The notes beneath the pieces are model-generated. The model had not been told where the DNA came from and did no database searches. It was given only the letters and a program-made list of their open reading frames with translations. A DNA stretch of 64,000 nucleotides from Antedon mediterranea (lineage: Eukaryota > Animalia > Echinodermata). This document shows positions 36,677-49,600 of this stretch, one piece after another (positions within the stretch are counted from its first letter, which is position 1; each line of letters starts with the position of its first letter). Position numbers and translations under genes: made by a program. The stretch lies in contig NC_092676.1 of NCBI RefSeq assembly GCF_964355755.1, forward strand, positions 30,150,871 to 30,214,870, in the 5' to 3' direction.

Positions 36677-39600
36677 TGAGTTTAAGAAAAGTGGCCAAGT
36701 TTGAAGGTTTTAACAAATACATTGGAAGAAACTATGTACAGAGTAAGCAAAATGTATATTATCTTTTATCTGGAAAATACATGCATGGGTTTGTAGATTG
36801 AGGACATTGATTGGTGGAGTGATATTATTTATGAAGTGAACAAGACAGGAATGAGATGAATGAATGAAAGATGAAGAAAAAGAACGTACATGGTATTTTA
36901 AAAAGATTATTTTGAAATTAGGATGAATAGTTATAATGTTAATGTTATTAAAGGATATTTATACACTTAAATCAAGATACTTATAGAGTAATATTTTTAT
37001 GATGTTATTTAAAATAGTTTTTATAATGTACACTTGAATTAAGAGACAAAATAAATAATAAAGTGTTAAGATATACATTGTTAAACCTACATGTCCACCT
37101 TTTTTTGCCAAATTATTTTACCCCAGTTTGTATGTATATAATTCATCGAAGGTGTTAAGTGCATGCTTAAAACCCAGTTTTAAAAATATTTAAATAAAGT
37201 TTAACTGTTGGTGTTTAAATGTTCGTTTCTTTTGCTTCATTTCTTTTGCTTCATTTCTTGAATTGATTTCTCAATTACAGTATGATGTTTAAGTATGTAC
37301 TTAAGAAAGTGTAAGTATAAAGATGTTTACATGGTTGGTATCTCGTCATTGTCAATTTAATAGTGGACGTGCCAACATTATTTGAACGAGTGTTTGATTT
37401 CTTGTAGACCAGTTTCGTGGAGGAATGTTTTTGTCCGTAACTTTCACCCTACTTTATAGAAATTAATTACAGTAGGCCTAACTCAATTTGAAGCGTTTAA
37501 TATATATTTTTACATGTAATGTTTTTATGTCGCTTGTATTGTTGAGGCCCCCTTCCGCTGGCTGGGTCACCCTCTTGAAATATTGTTGAATAAATAAATA
37601 AATACGTTTAATATTTTTTTTATTTGACAAAAGGAGTTGCGGTTGCGTCGTCAGCAATACGCGTCAGCAAAACGAATGCCATACATGTGTCTGCAACGTA
37701 CCTCTGTACATAATACAATATTTCATTTCAGAACAATATTTCAATTCTATTTTATATTATACTGTAGTATGAAGTCATTGCCCTTAATTACCTATCCGGT
37801 CTTGCTGACTTATACATTTTCAGTAAAAGGGTCTTACGACTAAACAAAGAAAAAACACTTCTGTGCAGAAAGTTGATTAAATAAAATGTTTATTTAAATG
37901 AATTGATCATTTTAAAGCTAACCTAATACTTCATATTGTAATTTTTATAATTCATTCTTCAATTCTAATTTTATTCTATATTTGTCATACCTAGTTCGGC
38001 GCCTCAATGTGTACGTTGCATAAATACATAAAAATAATAAAACTTCCCTTCATTAAAATGGATTCTTCCAAAATACCTTAAATCTGAATGTTTTTGTATT
38101 GAAATTATTGAATGATGTGTATAATACTCTAAAAGTATAAGTGCTGTATATTAAAAGGTGCTTACATGACCCGTAACGTACTTAAGTTTATTTCAGAACA
38201 CTCAGTCAACCGAGACGACGGACTTAAATCTACAAGTTGGCCACCAGATCTACCACCAGCAACAATTGTAAGTAAATACACCAAATCGAATATTTTTGGA
38301 ATATCTAGCTTCTAAACGGAATATTGTATAATTATCTCTGGTATATTATATTTAATTATTTGGTTAATTGCCTTTGATTTACATAGGGTATTTCAAACAA
38401 GTCGTTTATGCAAGAAGTAACGACACCTCGTTAGGTAAGTAGGAATACCGTGTATGATTTTATTTGGCCGATAGTTATCTTTAAACATTATTTGTATAGG
38501 CCTCGATCCTACATGTAAAATACGATCAATAGACCTACCTGTCGAGATTTATGATTTTTACGATCATTTTTTTTGATAACTATTTATACTAATACGTTCG
38601 ATTTCAAAATCTAACGTATTGTAGTCTAATTCAGTTTAACGTGTATATGTCGTACCTACTTGTGTTTTAGCATTGACAAGTACCGTACAAGTGTATATAC
38701 AATGGTAAGGCCCGCCAAGTACGGTATAATACAGCTGTATAAATCTGACTTCAACTGAAGTAGACATGTTTTACTATTATCCGTTTTGTTGATTTAATTT
38801 GAATATGGAAGAGGTTTTTATTGTATCCTTTAAAAGAAGCAGGCCTAATAATGTGTAACAGACATTCCAATACTAGGCCATTACATTGGTCACGTGCGAG
38901 AACATCGAATATCGAACATTCAAAATGTCAGTTCGACAACACATATCTCACATTCAAAATATCAGATTTATTTCAATTACTGAGGTTTGTTTAGTTCGTC
39001 TTTAGGAGTCTGTATATCATTTGTCGTAACTGTAATAAACATTCAAGGAAAGACTTCATTAAGTGCGTATTGTGACGCGCTCGTTCGTTAATGTCAAATG
39101 ATCCTGCATCATTGTTGTATGATTGTTTATTATGAAATTACCATAATTTGGTTGTACGGCTATGAAGATTAAATTACTATACTGTATATAGTCGAAGTGT
39201 CTACTATTTGAATTATTGAATGTCAATTTCATGTGATTCTCATTTCAATTTGTTATTGCGGCCTTATTTCCATCCATCTTATAAAATTATATTTTTTTGT
39301 TCACCGTCAAAACGCAGTACAAACCCCTTAAGCGTGGTTCACACTACAGACGCAACGCAGTGACGTACGCGCAACATAAGCGAGTTGACCAATGACAAGC
39401 CACTTTTATTATGCCATTATGAGAATAATATTTATACTGGTAACATATGTTTTTATGCATCCGCAAAAAATATCGGTATACGTTTTTGGGGAATCCACCC
39501 ACTGACTTATTTTACCCAGAATTTCCATCAGATATGCAATTTAACTGTTTGATTGAATATTGATAGGAAAATTATTCATATAAAATTTGCCGCTATTTGC

Positions 39601-40369
39601 ATTAATAATTACAACAAGTAACATATGGTGCTATATCGATTTAAATCTAAAGTCAAGAAGTGGTCGGCATAGGTTACGTTGCGAATTTGTTTTATTAGGC
39701 CTATGAAGGTAATAGCAGGGTAACTTAGCACTTTTTTTGTGCACTTTGTGACAAAAGCACCAAATTTGGCACAAACCTTCTTTAGGGTATATCTAACAAT
39801 CCTAGAAGGGGTGCCCAAAAATCGGAACAATTTAACGACGTCATTTGGACCACGCCCTTTTTTTAGTATTACGTAATTAGGTGAAAACTTAAATCTTCGT
39901 ATATACATACCAAGTTTGGTATCAAATTAAAACTCATGACATGTACATTGCAATACACACATAAAAAATATATGATTTCTCTTCAGACGTGACGGAATAT
40001 ATAGGTCAAATAATGTAATTTTCTGTCATATTGAAGGTTATTTCAATCAAAACGTGCCAATATTGTGCTATGTTATGAACATTGTAGTTATAAGAACAAC
40101 AACATTCATTTTTGTAATAGTACGAATATATATTTATCCTGTACCAGTTACTTTCCTTTAAAATAATATTAGGAACCACTGAAAAAAAGTATATAAAACA
40201 TATACTGTATCAAACTTGGGCTCAATAACCACTGGACTATTAGTAAACCGACAAAAGACCATTTGACTGACAATTATGGCGTTAGCATCCATAACAATAC
40301 ATGGAGGTGATTATCAACTTTACTTTTATGAAATTATTTATCTGGAAACAAACACTTATAATGGTACAG

Positions 40370-42450
40370 AGTTGCTAGATGACGAACAAGTTCCACGGCA
40401 TGGGTAACAAGACCAGTGCACTGCTGAACGGCACTTGCAGTTCCCTGAGCAAAAAGGCAACTTTTTGCAGCCACACTTTAGCAATTCCCTACATGCCTTG
40501 GATGCTTCAGGTAGTATTGTCCAGACTGGTGTCCATGTACTGCCGGTTTTAGTAATAATAATAATAATAAACAGTATTTATATAGCGCCTAATGAATCAC
40601 TGACCCCTCTAGGTGCTTTACATAGGACCTTAACTAATGGTAATAAACTATCCCCCGCCGGACACCATTCCGGTATTTCTTAGTCGAGGTTTCGGTCCAA
40701 CCAAAGTCTTCTGGTGATGGAGCATTCTGCTGTGGCTGTAGACTGGTGGTCCAAATGCTTGCTTGGTATATGGATCTGTTGGAATGCTGTAAAAGTGCAT
40801 CCTGCAATAAACAATTTAAAGATTGGTGTTACCTTTTAATGAAAGAAAAACATGAACCTTATAATAAATTATTAAACGACAATTGACAATTATATGGAAG
40901 CTCCCCTTACCTGTGTAGGAGGAATGTTGTCCATTGTCCGTGTCTTTCTTGAAAAAAGATCTTGTCTTAGCTTAGTAACACTTCTTAAAGTACTTGTCTT
41001 GTCGTATAGATGACATGTAAACTCCTCTAGCAACTGGAATTGAGATGAGTTGACTCCTAGAGATTTGAAAGGGTGATGTGCCATGAAAAGAAAGGCTTCT
41101 GTAACTGCTGGAAATGAGTTCCACGTCTCCCATGCGGAGTGTTTTGCTTTTCCGAAGAACTGGGATGTAGTATCGGACCCAGTAAATGCATGAAAAACTG
41201 GCAGCCCTCTTGACTTATCCTCTCCTAGGTTATGGCAGATGGTATTTATATTAAAATATTGGAAGTGCTTACCCATGCCAAATGCGACCCAGATACACAT
41301 ACCAGGATAACAGGCTATTAGATTGCAGAAAATACCAACCAGGATAACAATGACATCAGTATCAACTGTACGCACCAAAATAACCCTGCTACCTTTCTTT
41401 AAGGCATCATCAATGTGAATGCACATCTTGGAGTCGGCCTCTTCATGGTCGCAGATTGACATAGGTTGAGTAGATGTCAACATACAAAAGACTCGCCTAC
41501 AGGACATATATCAAGAATTACTTACTATTTAATATGCCTTTTTAATTAATTATTGGTATGAAACTGTATAAGTAAATTAATCGTTTGGTTACAAACAAAA
41601 TAAATTAGTATGTATCATAATAAAACTTACCTGATGCAGTCAGAGTAATCATGGGTAGACACCTTTGTAGTTAAAAAGTTAAATAACTCCTCTTTATTTA
41701 CTGGATCTTTCAGAAAGTCTGGAAAATTCCCTGGAATCTTTGTTTGTCCCCCAACTTTCCTCCTGACCCCTTTTCCTCTTTTTTCTCCTGTAGACTGCTT
41801 AAGACTATCTGTTCTGTAAGTGTCCCACACTATATCAATTCTGTTACTATTCTGCAGCTGCTGTCTGGTCCACGGTAGAAAGACCTGTCATACAAATGAT
41901 ACAAGAATAACGATCCGCATATAGAAGTGACCAATTATATGGTGGTTAAACAATAGATACAATCCTGAATGCAAAGAAATGTACTCACCTTATCACCGTA
42001 GTCATCAAATGTAAATGCATGGTTGCTGGAAAGAGCATGGACAATAGCAGCTCCGTCAAACACCTTTACATCAAAATATGTAGGAGGTTCAGGCTGGCCT
42101 TCAGTCTCCAAATGCTGTAGCAACTCAGACTTCTTAGTTGGTAGTCGAAGCTTTCCATTTACTGCCAAAGAGGGTGGCCATGGCTGGTTTTCGTGCATGA
42201 AGAAGTCTTCCAAATCTCCATCACGAGATTGACTTGCAATATACTCTTAACTTGTTGCTTTGTTTTGGACACTGATTTTGACCATGGTGTTTGATGGCTT
42301 GTTGAATAATTGCAACACTTCTGTCGAGAATAACTTCCTTGAAGTATTTTTGGTACTGGGTAGTACCTACATCCTGAATTGTACGAACTGTCACTACTGC
42401 ACTTTCATTGGCACAATCTCGAGCATCCAAGACCAGAAGTTCTGAACAAT
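40370..42450 (-). pseudogene. Degenerate spliced XPG/FEN1-like nuclease-CXC coding remnant of the transposon
   Basis: ORF fragments 40890-41507, 41627-41830, 41935-42213 and 42221-42450 with introns and frameshifts; no transposase N-terminus seen. Confidence 0.75.
40554..40679 (-). mobile_element. Truncated retroposon 3' tail (L2/SINE-like) nested in the Academ element
   Basis: Reverse complement TGTAAAGCACC...GGCGCTATATAAATACTG(TTA)n; TTAGT duplicated at 40549-40553 and 40680-40684. Removing it restores the frame FGWTETSTKTGSTWTPVW. Confidence 0.75.
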
Positions 42451-44976
42451 TATCGAGGAATTGGTTGCCTGCATTGCTCAGGGAACTGCAAGTACCGTTC
42501 AGCAGGTCTTTCTTGCACTGGTCTTTGTTATCCATGCCGTGGAACCTGTTCGTCATCTAGCAACTCTGTACCATTATAAGTGTTTGTTTCCAGATAAATA
42601 ATTTCATAAAAGTAAAGTTGATAATCACCTCCATGTATTGCTATGGATGCTAACGCCATAATTGTCAGTCAAATGGTCTTTTGTCTGTTTACTTAGTCCA
42701 ATGATTATTGAGCCAAGTTTGATACAGTATATGTTTTATATACTTTTTTGCAGTGGTTCCTAATATTATGTTAAAGGAAAGTAACTGATACAGGATAAAT
42801 ATATATTAGTAGTTGTATTACAAAAATGAATGTTGTTGTTCTTATAACTACAATGTTCATAACATAGCCCAATATTGGCGCGTTTTGATTGAAATCCCTT
42901 TCAATATGACAGAAAATGACGTTATTTGACCTATATATCCCGTCTGAAGAGAAATCATATGTTTTTTATGTGTGTATTGCAATGTACATGTCATGAGTTT
43001 TAATTTGATACCAAACTTGGTATGTATATACGAAGATTTAAGTTTTCACCTAATTACGTAATACTAAAAAAAGGGCGTGGTCCAAATGACGTCGTTAAAT
43101 TGTTCCGATTTTTGGGCACCCCTTCTAGGATTGTTAGATATACCCTAAAGAAGGTTTGTGCCAAATTTGGTGCTTTTGTCACAAAATGCACAATCTTCAT
43201 AAAAAATGGAAGTTAGCAACCTAGCTATAAAGCAATGTCATTTGGTTGCCACTTGAACGCAAAACGCAAGGACGTTAGCGCTGCGCGCAAGTCATTTGAC
43301 CAATCATGACGCGAGGATTATCCGAACTTGGGATTGGTTAACTCACTTGCGTTGCGCGTACGTCGTTACGTTGGGAACTATCTGCTGCAGAAACTGCGGT
43401 GTCATTTACGCGGTCATGGTTCAATGCACTGCAATACATTTAATGAAACAAATAATGATGCTTTTAATGATTTTTTTCTTCAATTTGTTAATGAAAGTGT
43501 TCTTATTAGTAATTTTGTGTAATGCTCACCATTGAGCTGCCATGAGCCATCTTTATTCTTTCAACAAAATTTTATTTACATTTAATCATGGCCTAGGGTG
43601 CGTTGATAGATCAAAACTGATTTAATGTTTCTACACACAGTTATACAATTACATTAAACACATAAGACACGTTCATGGTAAACGTGATTTTAACTATTAA
43701 TGTATCGTCACGTGAGACAATCAACAGAATACATATGATGAGACAGTTAGGTATTTAAATTTAAAATACAAATATGGCGACAAAAATATGTGGTAACCCA
43801 ACATTCACTCAATTTTGCAGCAGCAACAGATGGATTGATATCCTTCCATTATAATGATTGATTCAAAGATCTACTAAGTGAACCACCATCATTATGTTTA
43901 ATTGAAATTGAAACATGCCATGCCATAAAGCATAGAGATAATTATTATAGTGATATTATAGAGATATTATAGAGATATTATAGTGATATCATATAGTTCA
44001 ATATTATAATATCTCTATGCATAAAGTTTCCAAGATTAAATTTCCCGGAATGACTCCAGTATCGCGTTTAACCATGGTTATACTCGATCGACAAAAAAAA
44101 AGTATAGATTTCCATTTTCCCTCAAACAAACATGGGCAATTGGCTATCTGTGACACTTTCTCATCTTCAATTTAAATATTAAAGCCTGTGTTAATTTTTA
44201 TTGTATTTTAGGCCTACAGAAATGTGTTAATATTTGTCACAAACCAGAATAAATGTGATTGTGTTGGCCTATGAGGCGCGCCTACGTACTTTTAAAATCT
44301 AAAAAAAAATCATCTAAAATTTGAAAAAATACAGATACAATTTTGCATCATGTTAGCGTGACATTACGGCAGTTAAATTTGTTGAATATAATGCTAATTT
44401 ATTGACATCGTTAATTAATCCAGCATATGGCATTTTAAATCAGAACATAAAAATTTAGAGGTCAAAACTCGTACTATTGTATGGTTTCGGTCCAAGTACA
44501 GTGACACGGATCCATTGTATTGAACTTGTGTTTTGTACTTCAGTTCTTCTAATTCTAATATATGTTTATGTACTGCGAATTATATATCTGTATACATAAC
44601 CAGAAAAGAGCTATTTATCAAAGAACAAACTAATGAATAATTTTTTAATTTGAACAAATTCCCATGTTAAACATAAATTGTTATTTTCATCAATCTAACA
44701 CTATACACATCGATGTTACATAAACATATTCTCATTATAAAAGGTATAAAAGCTTTACGTGCTATTCAACAGGTAGATTGGTTAATTAATAGCTATGACG
44801 CGTTTGACGTCATCGTCTGACGCACTCATAACCATACCTGACTTAAGTCCGTGTTATGTTGCATGTAATTTGCGTTGGTCAATGTCTATTTGAAATCTAA
44901 AGAAAAAGCATTTATTTAAATGGAATACGATGAGCAATTGATTGTGATAAAGATATGATACCGACCTAAAGCCACG

Positions 44977-45250
44977 ATTATTATTATTATCATCATCATT
45001 AACGTTATCATCACTCATCATCAACATCGTCATCATCATCATCATTTTCATCAACGTTATCATCATCATCATCGTCATCATCATCATTTTCATTAACATT
45101 TACATCAACGTTATCATCATCATCGTCATCATCATCATCATTTTCATTAACGTTATCATCATCATCATCATCACTCATTTTCATTAACGTTATCATCATC
45201 ATCATCATCATCATCATTTTCATTAACGTTATCATCATCATCGCTCATTT
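44977..45250. repeat. (CAT)n-rich compound microsatellite
   Basis: CAT runs punctuated by TTTTCATTAACGTTAT. Confidence 0.9.
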
Positions 45251-45696
45251 TTATTGTTTATATCACTAATATATAAAGTAATAAATGTGTATTTTTTTAC
45301 AGGATGGATCATGACATTTGGTACGGTTTATAATAATACATTTTGAATATTATAATGCTTGCTATAGGCTTTATCATAACGGATTAATAACACGCTAGCA
45401 ATTATATAACCACACAATAATATCCAATTATTAATAAGTATTATATAACATACATATATCGTATACTAGACCGCCGCTCTGAAGATAATATAGGTATATG
45501 GATATATGCTTAATTCTAAAGTAAAGATTTTTCACATCATCAATTTTAAAATAATTAGATTGTATAAATAATATTGTTGAGCTAAAAATGTGTAATAATA
45601 TAAACTAGGAGCTACTTCAGTTTACTACTAAAATCATCTATATCGGCATTGCAAGCTAACTACATAACAAACATCATCAATATAGCCATAACAATA

Positions 45697-45850
45697 ATTG
45701 GTTCCCACTAGCGACGCAACGCAAGAACGTAACGCAACGTAAGTGATTTGACCAATCACAAGCCATGGATTATTTAAACAGTTGTCATTGGTCAACTCGC
45801 TTGCGTTGCGCGTACGTCCTTGCGTTGCGTCGCTAGTGGGAACCACGCTT
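45697..45850. mobile_element. MITE family A, representative copy (TIR AGC[G/T]TGGTTCCCACTAG)
   Basis: TGGTTCCCACTAGCGACGCAACGCAAG...CTTGCGTTGCGTCGCTAGTGGGAACCA. Related copies near 39331-39405, 43243-43380, 46935-47025, 56510-56610, 60550-60667 and 62785-62880. Confidence 0.85.
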
Positions 45851-46648
45851 TAATGTGATATTACAATTACTGTACATGCAAATCGTAAACATTTAAACAA
45901 AAATCGGTAATATAACTATCCATGTGTATGATACGACGGCTCTAGCACTTTAGCATTTCACATCATTTGCATGCGGCCGCCTGGTGTAGGTATAAACTCG
46001 TTAGATGCACGTTTAAAAATCACGAAAATTCGATTAGACTCTGAAGTAAATTCAAGACAACGTAACAAATGACGTGTAATTATTTCTGAAGTACCTTTAT
46101 AGTTATCTACGTTGGGCACGTGTATTCGTGATATCTATTTTACATCCTGTGAAGTAGCCAGATGTATTTACTTAGCTTAGCAACTTCTATCTATATTCTC
46201 TCACATACATTACCTTATCTTTCTATTTGTAGCTGTAATAATAACGTAACCGTCATTTTCGACTGTTTATTTTGGTTCGTATCGCTATAATTAGTAATTA
46301 GCCACAATGCGATTTATTATTAAATAGAATATATTCATTATTTTTGTCAAACATTCTCGAGGCATGAACATGTTACTAAATTGGGCTTACAAATGACTTG
46401 AGTACTAAGTGCGTTCTAAGTCTACACATTGTGTTAAGTTGGATGTTGAACTGTTTCTTTTTCATTGAAACAATAGCTGTTTGTTGGATTGCATTAAAGC
46501 CTCGCGTTGTTTGTTGAATATTTGAATTCTATTAAACCCTGGGTGAACCTTTGTAATCATAAATGATCCTCTTATTTTAACTATAGATTTAATTTTTATG
46601 GAATTAATTAGCCGTGACTTATTTTTCTTGTGAAGGGCTGGTTGTGCT

Positions 46649-49600
46649 ATGGCAATCATTAACCCTAGTCCGGAGTCTATTCAGCAATTGTTTGCGGCTT
46701 GTGATCTGGATGGCAGTGGCTTTATTGAGAAAGCTGAACTCTCAAGTGTCTGCAGTGAACTCAGCCAGGACGAACTGCAGAAAGTCTTCCACGAACTGGA
46801 CAGAGATCAGGTGAGAAACAATGATCAGCAAACTCGTGTTCTATGGATGGTTCATTATTTGATGCCGCATAGAGTCGAGTTCATGTTCTCCATCCTAGTT
46901 ACCATGTCTGTACCACATTTTGTTGGCTTATAAAGCTTGGTTTCCAAGCAACGACGTACGCTCAACGTAAGTGAATTAACTAATAACAAGAGAGAGTTGG
47001 ATGCTCCATCGCGTCGTCATTGGTTAAAGTGCGCTTTTGTGTGTGTGATTTAATTTGTAAGGAAAATCATTAGAAAAAATACATACAAGTTGATAACATA
47101 AATCATTGATTACAAATACATTTATAAAAGATTTTCCAGGATAGCCCCAACAAGCTTAGCTTATTTCCGAGTCCTTCGTCGTTCCATTGCGTAGACCAAG
47201 TGGGAAGCACTATGTTCTCCAACTGATTTCCAAACTTATTTTCATATATTTTAATTTTGTTAGGATGGTCGAATCAGCATCACAGACTTTTCCGAAGGCT
47301 TCCAGAGCGTCAGTGACACGTTGCTAGCCGTCAGCAGACGACGCCGACGCAAGCTAACCAACCAGTTTAGTAGTGAAGAGTTCGATGAAATGATTGGTAA
47401 ACTCTCCAGTGACTTTGAACTCCTCAGTTGGTGAGTCCAAATTATTATTCATTTGAAAACTTTCTACAGGACTCTCTCTCTCTCCTTCCTATTATGAACA
47501 AGGCAATTTAAACAGGATGCTGAGCTCCGGAGATCTAAGGATTTACCTGTGACTGCGATACATCAGTTCCACACCCCTTAAAGCGTGGTCCCACCTAGAG
47601 ACGCAACGCAAGGACGTCGTACGCGCAACAACGCAAGCGAGTTGACCAATGACAAGCCACTGTTCGAATAACCCATCGCCTGTGATTGGTCAAATCACTT
47701 ACGTTGCGTTACTTCGCTAGTGGTAACCGAGATTTAACAGATACCGCGCGCCACAAAGAAATGTACATTGTACAGTACTGTTGGTATTTGTCGCAACCAG
47801 ACATAAGGTCAAGAGATTGTTATGAGTTCCTATCTTAAGGCGAGCTCAGTGTCCTGTTAGATTTTCTTGGTATGACTGGGAAGAATGTAATACATTGATC
47901 TGTGTCTGGAGGAATTAGTATCTGATGCACTTTACAGTGATCTAGCAAGGAAGCCCTTGATTGCCGAATCCTTATTTATTTATTCTACATTGTTGTTCAC
48001 ATTTGTCATTAGTATATTTCTTTTTTTACTGGTATGACAAAGAGTAATGCAACAGTTAAATATCCGCGTTGGCATAAATTAGGTAAAGGCCATACATTAA
48101 ATATTTGCTTCACCTTTCTGCATTATGTTGTGGAATCCAGTTAGTTACGCAACTACATGTTTATGGGTAACATGTCTTATCAGCAACATCAAACAATGAC
48201 AGTATCTACATGTTGTATAACATTGTGAGAGTTCGTGTGACAATTGATAGAACTTGTCGTCGTATATGGCGAGCATAACACCATTTGGTGATTGTGTACA
48301 AGAATCTCTACTGACTGAGAGTCAAATTGTGTTTAAATGTAAACGAGACAGTGAATGGTGAGTTTTAGAACGCAACATAGACTGAAACTAAAGAGCCTAT
48401 CTGTAGGCCTAGAGGACTTCGGATCGAACCATTTTAACCCTATTTTATTTGTGTCAAAGCGTGGGTGTAAAACATAGTAACCACTGTGTATGTTAACATA
48501 CCGGTACTGGCTTTTGTTTTAAGCTCTGTCTACACTATAAAACTAGTTCGACAAAAAAAAGTGATATTCTCAAATGTGGTATTAAAATGACATCAGCCTC
48601 AGCATGTCCATATAAATTATTATGAGCACATCACATTTTTGTGGTCACATACAGTTTGATAGTGTAGACAGATCTTTATATTTCATAACGTATGCATACT
48701 GTATTTTTTTTTACTTTTTTCTATAAGCTTAGGGCGAAATTATTCAGGAACAATGGCTGAATGTTTGGGAACATCTATTTAGAATAAGATATTTAAAATT
48801 GTATATGCCATTTTCAGTATGGCCTATATTAGTCAATTTTGAGGATTCCGTTTGTAGTTATCATCGTAGACCTATTGTTTAGATGTATGTGCGCCGCCTA
48901 CGCCACAAATCACAAATCATTCCTATAATATTTAATAATTATTGACGTGACCTATAACTTCCATTGTCTGCTAATATAATATTTACAGGTGTTAGGATTT
49001 CAATGTATTGCGACGTTTGAGAACCGTGATGTAATGGACAACTTCATTGTCTTTGGCCTCATTTTATAAATCCACATTATATTTTCTTCCAGTTCATGGT
49101 TCGCGCTTAAAGCCCTAGATATTAAGTTATTAGTTTATTAGCTTTTTTTTTTTCTTTTGTGGCGCAAACACCACTTTTATTCACATTCATATTATTTCAT
49201 ATTACATAAAATCGTATTATTTAACTTGTAAATGTCGTTACAGTTCATAAGTAACATTTTTACATATATGAATTCTGTATTACTCCTTTTTTCATTAATT
49301 TATTAGCTTTTGCTGTTTGTACGTAAACACGACGTAGTTTTTGTATTTAGTATTTGTCTACTTTACTTTATTAATGACTTAGCCTGATCCGTCTGCGGAT
49401 CGATTGAGTACGCCTACAAATAAGGCCGGATACAAAACTAACCGATATGTACTCACATCTGTCTGCCCCACTAAAGCGTGGTTCCCACTAGAAACGCAAT
49501 TCAAGGACGTACGCGCAACGCAAGCGAGTTGACCAATGACTATTAGCCACTGTTCGAATCATCCATCGCTTGTGATTGTCAATTGCGTTACGTTCTTGCG

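Larger units (their letters stand above)
39713..43227 (-). mobile_element. Academ-type (XPG nuclease + CXC) DNA transposon, internally deleted
   Basis: TAGC...GCTA termini with TAA on both sides (39710-39712, 43228-43230) and long inverted repeats ~39745-40462 / ~42455-43192. Internal minus-strand exons contain HEEAD, VDTDV, HAFTGSDTTS.F.GK and Cys-rich CGCKK..CSGNCKC. Family assignment is from recalled Academ hallmarks. Confidence 0.8.

Noticed and set aside
39609-43216. Paired ORFs MYIRRFKFSPNY... on opposite strands
   Set aside because: They lie in the transposon inverted repeats; no coding evidence.
44854-45241. Poly-Met and poly-Asp ORFs
   Set aside because: (CAT)n microsatellite.
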